A stretch of DNA of 63,144 bases, counting the filler, from Gonapodya sp. JEL0774 (Eukaryota): assembly GCA_027604505.1 (NCBI GenBank). It is 47 parts of 47 records of this genome, joined end to end, with 100 filler letters (N's around TTAATTAATTAA, not from the genome) between each part and the next. Parts side by side here need not be neighbours in the genome. Positions count along the whole stretch, not along the records: positions 25,714 to 26,961 come from JADIIX010003517.1; positions 27,062 to 28,308 come from JADIIX010003518.1; positions 28,409 to 29,655 come from JADIIX010003519.1; positions 29,756 to 31,002 come from JADIIX010003520.1; positions 31,103 to 32,348 come from JADIIX010003521.1; positions 32,449 to 33,692 come from JADIIX010003522.1; positions 33,793 to 35,035 come from JADIIX010003523.1; positions 35,136 to 36,377 come from JADIIX010003524.1; 39 more parts are not named here. One strand, given 5' to 3'. The notes beneath the pieces were generated by a model. That model made no database searches, had not been told where the DNA came from, and saw only the letters and a list, made by a program, of their open reading frames with translations. The position numbers and the translations under genes were made by a program. Below are positions 25,714 to 38,526 of the stretch, piece by piece; position 1 is the first letter of the stretch, and each line of letters opens with the position of its first letter.

Positions 25714-26961
25714 CCTTCCAATACCCGAGCACGTCCACCTTCCTCGGGCGCCTTGCCTCCTCCAAGTACCGGTCCACCTCGTTCACCATCTCCTCATCCT
25801 CATCCCCCCAAAAGTTGTCAGACGCAGAGCCTGCAGGGGTTGGAGCGGGAACGGCTTGTGAGTAGAAACGATCATACGTTTCCCTCAGTACTTGCTCCGC
25901 CGCCTTGATGTACTGGGGTTCCCACCCCTTCTCCCGCATCCACGCAAGCTTGTACGCCGGGTGGAGGACTGCAGGGGACGGGGATGGGTGGGTGGGGAAA
26001 AAAACGCATGAACGTGAACACGTTACGCAAGTGAGGATGCGCACTCACCTAGGCACAGCATGTACATCCGGGAGTCGTCTGATTTCCCGTAGTACTTTCG
26101 CAAAACCTCCATGATGGCGTCCCGAACGCCTGCCAGGACTGGCTCCTCCGTGAAATCCGCGTCCTCAAGCTTGTCCATGAGCATGTTGAAGAGCGGGATG
26201 ACAAGGAAGAGGGTAGGGAAGCACACACTCTCCATCTGCGTGAGAGCGAGGGCAAGCGGCTGGGAATCAAGGGGGTTTTCAGTGGGAATGAAGTGCGCTG
26301 TGCACAGCAAGTATCGAAACACCCACCTGCAAGAGGCGGCAAAGCCGCTCCAGGTGTCCCCATTCGTTGTCCGTGAGCCTGTATTTTCCCAGTGAGCGGT
26401 CGGAAGCTAGCAGCTTCTCAACCGCTGTCCTGTCCTGCAGGAACCTGTTGATGGCGTCGAAGTCCGACCTCCAACGCGTTCCCACAGGAGCAATCAGCTC
26501 CCGCGCCATTGCTGCATCCAGGAACTGGTCTGCGTAGAGGGCGCGCAGCTGGGGGGAGCGCCGAACCCTGAAAATGAGGGCGTAAACCTGTATTGCGCGA
26601 GGATGCGAGGGGGTTGAGAATCAAAGACTCTCGCACCCAAAAACTCGCTCACCTTTTTCAAAACGTTCCCATCCCCGTCTTCCACTTCCATGTCCTCGTC
26701 CACGTCTGGCAGTCTCAGCGCGTCCATGCCCGCTCGGGCTGCCAAATGGAGGATGTGCGCGAAACAGCGCAACCTTGACTCCACTGGGTCAAAGTCCTCG
26801 TGGACTCCGGCAACTGTGGCAATGGCCCGCATCAAAGTGTCGTTGTTTGAAGCGTTGTCCATTGTAAAGGAGATGGCCTGAAGAGAGAGAATACATGGTT
26901 TGCAATCCGCCAGCGAGCAAACCAGAGAAACTCACCTTGCCTGTGACTCCCCGGTTCCTCA
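25714..26961 (-). mobile_element. hAT transposase, second family (intron-containing)
   Basis: TMDNASNN, RLRCFAHILHLAA, VGTRWRS, EWGHL, VLHPAYK, EVDRYL..DVLGYWK (start of the dimerisation domain); four introns. Confidence 0.95.
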
Positions 26962-27061
26962 NNNNNNNNNNNNNNNNNNNNNNNNNNNNNNNNNNNNNNN
27001 NNNNNTTAATTAATTAANNNNNNNNNNNNNNNNNNNNNNNNNNNNNNNNNNNNNNNNNNNN

Positions 27062-28308
27062 CTAGTAAGTAAAATCATGTTAGAAATGTTTTGTGGAATA
27101 AGACTCACGGGATTCAGGAGACCACGAAGAATACGACGATCAAACCGCTGCGAGACACCTAGCACTTTCGTTGCAAGGTTCAGAGCCTTTGAGACATTTT
27201 CCTCACTATGACAGTGAATCCGTCTCAAATCAACCATGGGTCGTCGTTGAAGATCCAAAAGAGTTACATATGGTAGTTTGTTCGACTCAGAAAATAGAGC
27301 GTGGCCCGCAATAAGAGAGTGTAGGTGACTGTATCCGCGGAAACACTCCAGGTACTCATGCACGACCACTTCGAGGATATAGCTCTCTGGGTTGTCACAG
27401 CCGGTAGGAATCATGGCAAAAATCTGAACAATTGATCCTTGCTGTGACGGTATCAAGGACGCGATTGCGAAAACTCCAAGGTCATCAAACTCGCGACGCA
27501 CTTTCTCCGGAACAATGTAAACAACGATCTTGTCCGACCGATAGTCGGTAGTCGCAGCAGAAACTTGCTCAAAGAGGTCGGGGAATGCTTGACTTTCCAG
27601 GATATCAAAAGGGCGGTCGCTAGTGGGCGCTGCACGAGCGAGGATCCGAGCAGCTACTTCTGGACTTGACGGCACCAGCTTTCGCAATTTGCCTTTTTGA
27701 CCTTCGAGTCGCTCAGTCAGCCGATTTAGTTTTTCACGGAAAAATTGGTTGCTGGGTTTCCCGATGCGTTGATAGCCGCTGGTGTTGAGTGAGGGCGACA
27801 ATCGAAATCCACGGCGGTGAAACGCAGATTCACGATGTGATAGGATACCCGTGACCAGAGCAAATGTCCAAGAGGCTAAAGCGCTGACAAGAAGTTGATA
27901 CAGTCGGTTATTGGTCACCCAGAGAACGATAGAGGAGAGTGCGATACCCAGAAGCACAATTGTTGTAACTGCCACGTTGAGATAGTTCTCCCCACGGAGA
28001 ATCAACTTGTGAAAGAGACCAACAAGAAGACCAAAATATCCGATAGTGGCAAGCCAAAAGGCATAAAGAGTGTTGGATGATACAAAAATTGAACGCATGC
28101 CGATCAGGCTCACGAGGCCAAACACAAACAGGAGTTCCACAACGAAAATCGAAAGTTCTTTCAAATATTCAATGCGAGCCTTCACCCTGTACTCGCTGAG
28201 GACAAGGCTTGGGGACATTTCCTTCGACAATCGGATTTCCTTGCCGACCTTTTCGGACGCGAAGAGACGTAGCAATGCGATTTCCAAGAATCCAGATCCT
28301 ATCAAAAT
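27062..28308 (-). CDS. Large intronless multi-pass membrane protein fragment, unknown family
   Basis: Whole contig open in one frame (~415 codons); ~4 hydrophobic helices, then a soluble region with VVHEYLECFRGYSH. Confidence 0.85.
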
Positions 28309-28408
28309 NNNNNNNNNNNNNNNNNNNNNNNNNNNNNNNNNNNNNNNNNNNNTTAATTAATTAANNNNNNNNNNNNNNNNNNNNNNNNNNNNNNNNNNNN
28401 NNNNNNNN

Positions 28409-29155
28409 TTATCCGAGAATCGCTGCGTGCACTCGCAAACCTTTCCTTGCCATCTACTTGTCATGATCCCGTGACATTGCCGTCCAGTCTTACAAGTTCA
28501 TCCTCCCGATTTGCACCGTGGCTCCTCCGCTCCCGTGCCATCTCTGCTATTTGCGTGCACCTACGACATCCTTCACTTTCTATTTGCATTGCCGCTGCTG
28601 GCGCACTTGTGAATATCTTAGGACTCAGCGGAAGTGTGGGACGGGCAGTGAGGGGTGTTGTGCAAGAGGAAGGAGGTGTTAGGGCGTTGATCGAAGTCGT
28701 TGGGGATGCTGCGAGACGTGGTCTGTGGGAAGGGGCGGTGGTTGGTGCAAAAGCGTTAGGAAATATGATGTGAGTGCAGCTTTGCGACCTTCTGGTTCGC
28801 CTCATCTCACAAGAATTCGACAGATCCGGTACTGTCGAGTACAACGGCTCCCCACCCGACGACAGTGCCTTGTCCGACTGGATACCTGAGACATTTCCTC
28901 TCACTACAGTGGAGATTGACGAGCTTGAGGACGCTCTGTTGGAACTGACAGGTACGTTAAATGTTTACACCCCGGTGACAACAATTCAAGATTCATCAAT
29001 GAAAGTATGCCGTCTATATAGAGTACGGGAGCGCGGACGCAGCTTTCTCCGAATCTCCTGACTTTCGGCAGTTTGAAGAAGTGGCCGTTGCTGTTTTGAG
29101 TGGCATTGACAGGGTGGTCAGATTGACAGATGTTGAATCGCAGGACTCGAATTAG
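28409..29155 (+). CDS. Armadillo-repeat protein C-terminus, ARMC2-like
   Basis: ESLRALANLS, AAAGALVNI, EGGVRALIEVV..W....GAKALGN, FEEVAVAVL..I parallel the ARMC2 C-terminus. Confidence 0.6.
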
Positions 29156-29378
29156 ATTTCATTTTTCAATCACTAGACATAATCTCCCAAGAAAATCTTG
29201 CATGTAGATGTATGAGAACTTGGTCTCGTCTTCCATTCCACAAAACTAGAAGACGACGAGCAGCCCGCACATGATCGGAACCTGCATTGCGCCCACAAAC
29301 AGCTACACATGCTTTAAAGATCCCCGGATAGCGATTTATTGATAAATCAAGCTACGCTTCCAGTGAGACTCTTATCAG

Positions 29379-29655
29379 TTGCATCTTCTGGACGTCACGG
29401 TCGGCTGGCTCATCTCCCGCCGTTCAACTCCAGAAGTGCCTGTTTCCATTCCAATCCAGCCCGCTTTCGAGAAGCTCGTGCAAGCCTTGGATATGGCTTT
29501 CATCCAGGGACTCCCTGCGCTCGTTAATCCAGTCGTGCAGGGCCGAGCTCCGACTAAAGAGAATCTGGACGCCATCACAGCCGTTGCAGCGAAATCCATG
29601 GAGGAAGGGAGATATGGACAAGTCTATAATCTGATACGTATAATCTTCAGCGTGT
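29379..29655 (+). CDS. Hypothetical protein fragment
   Basis: Open frame to the contig edge after an AG acceptor. Confidence 0.4.
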
Positions 29656-31102
29656 NNNNNNNNNNNNNNNNNNNNNNNNNNNNNNNNNNNNNNNNNNNNT
29701 TAATTAATTAANNNNNNNNNNNNNNNNNNNNNNNNNNNNNNNNNNNNNNNNNNNNATACAGGAGACATATCCAATGACGAGTTTTCTATCCGTGTGCGAA
29801 TTGTCCTCCCGAAAATTGTAGTCGTCGATCAGAATCTATCAAAGGCAACCTGCGTCAGTTGGCAGGTGAATGGGCCTTTACAACGACGCTCACACCACGG
29901 ATTGAATCGTCCAAAGTGATTCGAAGATCTGTTTGGTTGTTTGGTGTCACTCGGATGGGGTTTAACTCTGATGAAAACGGCGGATCGAGCTAAATTGAAT
30001 GTGTCTTTCATATTTCCAACCAGCATGATGGATCCTGACCGATTCGCTGCAGCCATCCGGAGTTTAAAAGAACAGTCTCTTCACGCTCGCTGACATTTGC
30101 TTGAGTGCCCGGGATGTCCTTATCCGAACCCATGGAGTTGTGAGGAATCTACTAGTGTGCAATGCCCACTGGTCACAGCCATGCAACCATTCAAGAAAAA
30201 CTAATACAATGGTTGTAGCTACAATAGATGTTGTTTTTCTAATCAGTACCCGGACAAGTCAATTTGTGTGTGACAACACACGCAATAGAGGAGAAGAGCT
30301 GGGAAGAAACGGATACGGAAGTCTAATGAAAACGAGCACCCATTCACCTCACGTGACAGAGTGCGATTGAGGTTAAGAAAATTCGTAAAGCAACTTCCCG
30401 CATGTGGCGTCGTGTGGGTGAACTGAACAGCTCGATGCAAAACTGAAATTGAACGGAGCACGCGCGTAACTACCGTGGGCGTGGTCTGAGAAGAAAGAGA
30501 ATGACAAGTGAGAATGAAGGTTTGGTTGGTGTGGCAGGCAGAGCTGTCGGCCCGGTCGGGGAACACAGAATTCTTCAATCATCCCCTCATGAGCATCCTC
30601 TTCATAGAGCTTTAAAGATTCGTCTCAGCGCATAACTAACATACCAATAAATCAGTACCGCTATACTTGCGTCGGGGTACTGGTTGCCCTCTCAGGAAGT
30701 CTCAATGTTCCGGATTCACAACCACCATGTGTTCTATTGCGGTAAACAGGCAAATGTCTTGTTCCGAGTCTTTCACAATCTTGCGCAACTCACTGGTTTG
30801 GATGAATTTCATCGAAGTGCTTTGGTGGACTTTCCAGGGGCTCTCAGTCTTGTTGCTGTGCAAAGGCCTGATTAGTGCTTTTGTGACTCATTCGCGTAAA
30901 GCAGACATGGCGTACGGAAGTACAATTTGAGAGTCATCAAGTCTTGAATACAGTCCTGTTGTTGTTTCAGTCGGTGTGGAAGTGCAGGATGCAACCTGTC
31001 TCNNNNNNNNNNNNNNNNNNNNNNNNNNNNNNNNNNNNNNNNNNNNTTAATTAATTAANNNNNNNNNNNNNNNNNNNNNNNNNNNNNNNNNNNNNNNNNN
31101 NN

Positions 31103-32348
31103 ACGCCCAACGCACTCGAAGTTCCTCTGTCTCTGCAAGCATCCCATAGGCACTCTTGCAAGTAGCTTCCACCCCCAAAATCTCGATGGTTTGACCTTGC
31201 TCGGAAAGGTAAACCACCGCGCGCGTGGTGTTGGCGATATCGCTGAGTCGGGATTGCCAATCGAGCTCTATTCGTCTGGGCTGAGGAACATGCTGTTCCT
31301 GCGGATCAAACAGGTGCGTAAAGTATGGATTCGCGTCGTATAGTAGATGGTTGATTGGCTGTGATAAATCGACAGATGCGATGTAACACTCGCATGACTG
31401 AAATAACGAAGTGTTGGTAGTCGCAACCTAGGAATGTGATGCTGGCTTACACTCACCACAAGAGTGAGCATTCTGACGGTGCGCTCAATGAAAACGCGAT
31501 CATTTCCATAAATGGTAACATTCCTGGTTTGAAGGCGCTGCGCTTGGTGGGAGTTCAGGGAAGGGCTTTCACTGCCGCTTGACGTGGAGGCGACTGGGAA
31601 GAGCGCAAACGTCCCATTATCCCACATAATCTTTGTTATGGCATCGCGACGATTTGCGAGCATCCAGTCGAGTTTATGAGCGGGCATGGAAATCGTATGT
31701 TGCATGACAGTGGGGCCCTGGGTTCCGTTACCATCAGCAGATTGTACAAAAAAAACTGCCATCGATCAACACAGAAAACCTACTTTGCTCTCAGCAATGT
31801 CTTCGAGGAGCCTCTTGGCATCTTCCACGTTTTCTTTCTTGACACCTGTAATAACGATGGATGCCTCTCGTCCGCTCGGTTCTGCGCTCTGAACCACGAA
31901 AGGACTGGGAAAGTAAATGTTCGTTGCTGTGCGGCGCATAATTGCGTGAAGTATACGACGGCGTCGATCGGCCAATATGTTGTGAAACATGTTCGGATAT
32001 CCTGGCTCCAAGTTCAGATATCCAGTATGGAACCCCATCTGTTGATTGGCAGGAGACGATGGATTAAAACTGTGCTAAGGCTCTAATGTAACTGCACTCA
32101 CCGCCTCATCCAAACACTTCAATACTTCCAGCCGAGCAAGCTCAACTGCTTCAGCGTTCCCCGCCACTTCCACCTCATACCCATCCTCTTGTGGAGGAGG
32201 CGAAGCATGCGGACCATTCATGGCACCAGGTGCAGTACCAGGTCTTGCGGCAGCAGTCGCCTTTCTGTACGAAATCCTCACATGCAGCTGAGTAGCCACC
32301 TCGCCGAGTGCTTTGCGGATCGACGGCCGAACTGACAGGGAGGAGCCC
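31103..32348 (-). CDS. KH-domain RNA-binding protein (Mug60/YLL032C-like), internal fragment
   Basis: IMRRTATNIYFPSPF, KLDWML..RRDAI.KIMWDNGTFALFP, VTIYG.DRVFIERTVR.L; three introns. Confidence 0.75.
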
Positions 32349-32448
32349 NNNNNNNNNNNNNNNNNNNNNNNNNNNNNNNNNNNNNNNNNNNNTTAATTAA
32401 TTAANNNNNNNNNNNNNNNNNNNNNNNNNNNNNNNNNNNNNNNNNNNN

Positions 32449-33385
32449 GTGATCACGATCTCATACGGTTGTAGTCGTACTCACCGCCATTCTCCCTCGA
32501 CAATCTTTTGCGCCCTCTCCTGTGCCGACTTTGCCAGCTTCGCTGGTGTATCTGCTCCGAGCCGTTCCATTCCACTGACGAACTCTTGCCGCGTGAAATA
32601 TGACATACGGGATGCTGCGGGCAGTGAGAGATGTATTCGAGATGAAAAACAATTCGGCCGAAGAGAAGTCTTCCGCATTAGCAATCCTGGGCACAAATGA
32701 ACTTACCACCGACAACATACGCCACGGTGAGCATCTCAAGTCCATCGGGGGCGATGCCCGAGTCCTCACATAAACGCTCGATGCCCTCGGGTCCAATCTG
32801 GTCGGGTTCATCTGGAGAATCAAAGGGTGACGGGTGTCAGAGTGTGGGACGACAACAATTCAACCTTGCGCGTTATAAAGGCGGGAACAACTATAACGCG
32901 CAATGCTTGTACATGCGAAAGCTTATAGATGGAGAGAAGTGGGGCCGTATTTTCCCCTTCCCGGGGGAGAGAATCCCCGCGATTGCGCAGTTTGGACAAT
33001 TCCACACGATCCCCTTGCATGATCCACGAGCTTCCTCTTCCAAAACCTCGAATCAAACTTCGGACCTCAACTGTATAAGCCACTGCGCAGAATCGCTCTC
33101 TTTCCCACCACCGTGGTCCTCTCGAACAAACTCACCTTTACTCGTCAGGCTTTGAAACCATCTGGTACACCTCTGCAAGCTCCACGGCCCGCCTCCATTG
33201 TCCACCACCTTTTTCGCCTTCTTTCCACCGTGCTTCTCGGCCGCTGCGGGAGGTGTATCGTCTGTCATATGAACGTCGGCGTCCGCATCCTCGTGGTCCA
33301 GTTTCCGCTTGTACACCTTGGGCGGCGGTGGGGCGGGTGCCTTGGGCTTTGAAGATGGAGCGGTGGTCTTGCGCTTGGGTGGCAT
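32449..33385 (-). CDS. DCN1-like (DCUN1D4/5-type) cullin neddylation protein, 5' part
   Basis: MPPKRK NLS-like start; IGPEGIERLCEDSGIAP, A..MSYFTRQEFVSGMERLGADT (PONY domain). Confidence 0.9.
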
Positions 33386-33792
33386 CGTGGAAAGGGCGGG
33401 AATATATGTGGGTTGAATGGTGGGGTGAATCTGGGCTATCACAAATGAGAAGAAAGTGCGAACTCTCTTCAAAGATCGCAAAATACGGATCTCTGCATTG
33501 GTAACTCCATTCTCAGCGCAGACGTGCCAATTCTAAATAAATGCAATCTCTTGACTCGATTGCTGCGTAAAACTGTGCAACAACGCTCAAATATACATGT
33601 GAATCTACTCTGTCTATGCCCGCAGGACCCGTGTAACGCCAAGATGAAGGTCCTGATAACCGAGGGGAAAGGAAAAGGAATGAGTTGGCAATNNNNNNNN
33701 NNNNNNNNNNNNNNNNNNNNNNNNNNNNNNNNNNNNTTAATTAATTAANNNNNNNNNNNNNNNNNNNNNNNNNNNNNNNNNNNNNNNNNNNN

Positions 33793-34704
33793 GAGGAAGG
33801 GATGGAGCCCGAAAGGTTGCATGAAGATGCGGCAAAGAAGTGGAGGTTGGGTGGGAGAGTTAGTAAAGGGCTGGAGAAGCGGTTTCTTTGGTCCGGTAAG
33901 AAAATCATGAGACGGAGGTGGCACGCAGTAATCAGAAGCACGACGAGCAATACCTAGAGAGAGTCAAATTGACAACATTCAACAGACCGTCCAATGGGGG
34001 TATGGGGCCGGAGAGGTGGTTCCTAGTAGAATAAAGTTGGGTTGAACTGATGTAGAATTGGCGGTCAAGGATGTGACCATAATATGTACCAGCTGAGATC
34101 TAGCGAGATTAAGTGTGTGTGCTTGGCAAGTGAGGAGGGAATGGTGCCGTTGAAGGCGTTGTTGGACAGCTACCGAGGACAACGTACTCAGTTTCGTCGC
34201 GTTGGTTTCTGGGCGATTACTGTAACACGTCACACCCACATCCAACACTTTGAGCTTGACTAAGTTCCCTAGATCATCCGGTATCTTCCCAGCCAAAGAG
34301 TTCCCGCTCAAATCCAAAGACTCTAGCTCACTCAAAAGCGCTATGCTGCTGGGCACAATGCCCTCGAAGCCCCACCCCTCGTCCAGCGACACGGTTGAGT
34401 CACCTTGACCCGCAATCCCAGAAAACGAGGCGCCTACAATTCGAGATTGCGAGCACGTGATCGTGCCCCATGTGAGTGGAGTTGGGAGATCGCAACAGCG
34501 GCCCACTGGCCAGGGTATTGTGAGAGAGGACTGGATAAACAGTGACTCAAAGAAGACGCAGTCCAATGAGGAAGTTTGCTGAACGCTGTATGATGGTATA
34601 GAGAGAAGAAGGAGAGCGAGCAAGAAAGATGCCTCCGGGTGCGACGGTCGCCATCCACCAGTCGAGGTTCTGCTCCACCACTTTGATGGGTATCCGGAAA
34701 CCAT
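33793..34704 (-). CDS. Secreted/receptor-like protein with plant-type LRRs, 5' part
   Basis: Hydrophobic signal, Cys cap (CC...ITC..RIV), LxxLDLSGNSLAGKIP, NAFNGTIP, NHLSGPIP, NLSGSIP repeats. Confidence 0.88.
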
Positions 34705-35135
34705 CAGACAGTTTCCGTACGCTCTAAAATACTGCAACTTCAATTTCTTTTGAGCGCAAAGCTATTTTCTCCAAACCCGCTTTGCTTGGAAGAAGGGCGA
34801 GAGTGGGAAGAATTCAGCTTCTGAAGCTCAATAGAGGAAGACAAAGTTCACAGTCCAGAGGAAGCATGTAGCGATCCGCAAGAAACCGACGTGCTGATCG
34901 GCAGAAGTGTCCCGAGATCCGTTGCTGTAGATTAGTATTGTGGTCTGTTCAACTCTCAGGCCATGATGTACCGCATAACCCTAAATCAGATCCTTTGACC
35001 TCAATTCCACTATTACTTTCGTTTAACACCGCGTGNNNNNNNNNNNNNNNNNNNNNNNNNNNNNNNNNNNNNNNNNNNNTTAATTAATTAANNNNNNNNN
35101 NNNNNNNNNNNNNNNNNNNNNNNNNNNNNNNNNNN

Positions 35136-36377
35136 CGTCGAATGCCGCAGCTGCCGTCACAGCCGTTTCCAGAACGACGGAGGCTGGTGGGCCGACGATG
35201 ACGGCGACCAACTTTGGAGCACCGGCAGGAGCAGCACCGTCATCGACCCGCCCACAATCATTATCGACCACAAATGCGGTCATGTCTGCCGCATCAGCCC
35301 GATCACCAGTGTCCACCGTTTCTGTCGCGACCACATTCCTCGACAACCCTTTCCTCGTCGTTCCCAAAACCGTGTCAACAACATCCAGTTCGGTGACTGT
35401 AGCTGCATCCGCGATTCCGGATACTGGAACTCTTGCTGCCGTGGCACCTCCGTCTTCGCCGAACCTCGCCATCGTGGCGGGTGTGGCGGGAGGAGTTGGA
35501 CTGGTATTTATCGTCTTTGCCGGTCTTTTGTGGAGATGGTCAAAGAGGCGAAAGGACTCTTACTGGAATATTGGTAAAAGAAAGTCTGTGTTCGGTGTGT
35601 TTGCAGCGAGGGGTGAGTGTTTGGTCACTGGTGTTGCAGTCAACCATTCAGTGTTGCACGTGCCCAACCCCCGCGTCTTCACAAGGTACTGCTAGCAGCA
35701 CACCAGCCATGACCTCGATCGACCAGCCACCCGTCGATCCCGACGACATTCCCCCGAGATCCGCCTCCCTCACACTTCCCGACGTTCGATCCATCTGGGG
35801 TATCGACGCCTCTTCGGACTACACTCGAGTCTCTGTCGACAGGCAGTCCATGAACCGCGGTACCAAGGTGACGATCTGCCGGGACGATGGGTGTCAGCCA
35901 GTGTCACCACTAGCACCGTCGTCTACGGTTTTACGCACCCTGATATCGCCAGTCGCACTCTCGCCAAAAAGTGTTTCGGCTTCATCGCCGGTCGCGCATC
36001 CACACACAACTTCACTCCAAGCAATTCCCGCATTAGAACCCGTATCAGTGCCACCACTTGAAGCATCACCCTCATCCGAAGATCTAGATCTCCCTCTCAC
36101 GGAGCCAAAACGGCCACTTTCCTCCGGCTCGTCCATTTTAGAGATTCGCGTAGCTCGCCCAGCTGCCCAGCGCTCAATGAAACAGACACAAGCACCTCCG
36201 AAATCGGCCACGACCAGTGCCAACAACTTCGATCCACCAGACGTCACCCTCAGTTCATCTCCGCCGTCCCCAGCAGATGCGTCGCCGCCACAGCTCAACC
36301 CCGAACTCAAAGCGCGCGACCTTTCCATTCCTTCACCCGATCGCACTCCTGGCCACTCTCCACGCTTCAGCGCCCAA
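35136..36377 (+). CDS. Single-pass membrane protein with Ser/Thr-rich ectodomain (Mid2/Wsc-like architecture), fragment
   Basis: S/T-rich stalk, TM LAIVAGVAGGVGLVFIVFAGLLW followed by RWSKRRK, intron, Pro/Ser-rich tail. Confidence 0.75.
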
Positions 36378-36477
36378 NNNNNNNNNNNNNNNNNNNNNNN
36401 NNNNNNNNNNNNNNNNNNNNNTTAATTAATTAANNNNNNNNNNNNNNNNNNNNNNNNNNNNNNNNNNNNNNNNNNNN

Positions 36478-36561
36478 CTACTCGGAACGTGGGGCGTGAA
36501 CATCATCGCCACCGTCGGTGTTGCACTGTTGGGTGTTCTCGGTCTCGTACTGCTTTTGTAG
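36478..36561 (+). CDS. Hydrophobic C-terminus (GPI signal or tail anchor)
   Basis: LLGTWGVNIIATVGVALLGVLGLVLLL* at the contig start. Confidence 0.45.
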   Translation, partial: LLGTWGVNIIATVGVALLGVLGLVLLL

Positions 36562-37819
36562 AGGGGATATTGTCACATGATGATTGGTCTTTGAGTGGGA
36601 GAGATGGTCGCTGTTTACGCTGATTGGTGATTCATTTGATATCAACGATAACCTTGCACGAGGAGAGCTGTAGCATTAGTCGGTCTTCTTCATTGAATTG
36701 CATCCATAGATTAATTTGTCTTTCTTTAGAATATGCAATACATTGCAGAGAGAGTTGTATTCTGAGTGGATCGAGTGGGTCATAGTTATAAGTTGAATGT
36801 ACGAACTATTGCGATAAGCTCCACACTGCCGGTAGCTTCCAGGTCGAGTTCCCTGGACCTCGGTGGAATCGCGGTTCATTCGCAAATCAATGTGCTTGAC
36901 ATGCGCTAGTACAGGTCTTGTTGGGAATGTCGGCGAGATCCTGGGATAATGATGAGCCAGCGAGATTGGAAGGGGCACGAGAAGGATTAATGTGAGGCGG
37001 TGTATCACTGGAGTTGAAAGGTGCCACTCAATCAAATACCAAAAGAGTGTTTGACTTGGGAACTTGGGGAGGGTTTCAATGAACAAGTTTCGTGTCAAAT
37101 TCGCGGAATGCACGGGCCTGTATGTTCAACCCACTGTCGACGAGACTTTCTTTCTGTCCGTACAACCGCGTGCTGCTGCGAAGTTGGGATCGTTTAGTTC
37201 CATACCCTCCGGGGTCTCAATGGAAACCGAAATATCTTCCTGTTCTGTGACACCGGTTTCGCCAGGCAACCGTCATTGTACCCAGCAAATGCCTCCTCCA
37301 GCCACAAACGGAACCGGGCGACTTCGAGCTCCTCTGGTCAAGTCCGTACGTGTACATTGCCTACAAGCACTTTCAGTTGTAATAGTATGTCAAAATGCAC
37401 TTTTTTTTACCTCTCACGAGGGTTTCTCCCGTGTTTGGAGTGGGACTCAGTTGTTGAGTGGGGGCATTTGAACATGGCAGTATGTGTGATATTGAGGACT
37501 CTGGTATTCCTATATGTACAACTACATAACTACGTAACTACGGCCGAGAGTAGAAACTAGAGAAGAGCACCCGACCCTCTCAGCCAATTATACTGGGAAA
37601 AACTGGGCCGTTACCATTGCAGGTAATTCATCGGTAATCTGTGGATTACCATCCTGATACCCACCCTCGTACCATCCATCGGTAATCTGGCGACTTCGCA
37701 GGATGGTAATGGGGGGTGGNNNNNNNNNNNNNNNNNNNNNNNNNNNNNNNNNNNNNNNNNNNNTTAATTAATTAANNNNNNNNNNNNNNNNNNNNNNNNN
37801 NNNNNNNNNNNNNNNNNNN

Positions 37820-38212
37820 TGGCGATGGGACAGGGAGAAACTCACTGGCGTCTGAAGAGTGGTAAGGCAAGCAAAATGTAAAAGAAGACCAGGAAGTAGA
37901 AGGTGCCGGCTTGCAGAGTGAGGAATATGGATGCCATTCAAACTGTGTTGGGTTCTACTACCAGCCCGGGGGTCGGTTCGTTAGACCATAATAGCATTGA
38001 AAAATGCTCTTCAGGACGCGTACCCAAAGCGTAAACGAAGAGGCCAAAGATTCAGTGGAATCGGTCCTTATGGAGACCGTGAGTATACAGGGAGTGCTCT
38101 GCCACAGTTGGACCCAACTCCCATGCAAAGACCCGAAAAGCAAGTGAAAATCCAAAAAGAACACGAACACTTTGACACCGCACTCCGAGTATTCAAATCG
38201 TCTGCCAAGTAA
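37820..38212 (+). CDS. Hypothetical protein C-terminus
   Basis: In-phase splice gives ETHWRLKSALKNALQDAYPKRKRRG... to TAA 38212. Confidence 0.35.
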
Positions 38213-38325
38213 AGTGAGTAACCCACATACGAGCTGGACAAGTCCCGACGATGGAGTGTCCGGGGGGGCTGCGAAGGTCTTGGCTGGTCAAAGCCACTGC
38301 TGCTCACCGCTTCCTGCTCCGCAGA

Positions 38326-38526
38326 ATGGCCATGAACCTCGACAAATCCCTCGACGACATCATTTCGTCTTCTGCCAAGAAGTCTGCGCGCTCTGCTGGC
38401 CTGGGAAGGCCCCGAGACAGAATGCGCAGCGACAACGCCAGGCAGCCTGCTCGCCCTCCCAGACAAGCACCCTATGCCAGGCCAAGCTCATTCCAGCCAA
38501 TTCCAAAGAGGGGCAACCTTAACGAG
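38326..38526 (+). CDS. YRA1: ALYREF/Yra1-family mRNA export adaptor, first coding exon
   Basis: MNLDKSLDDII (UAP56/Sub2-binding N-box), Arg-rich linker, APYARP; ends at GTGAGG donor. Confidence 0.75.

Noticed and set aside
29756..31002. Short ORFs and possible exons
   Set aside because: I could not build a convincing gene model or assign a family.
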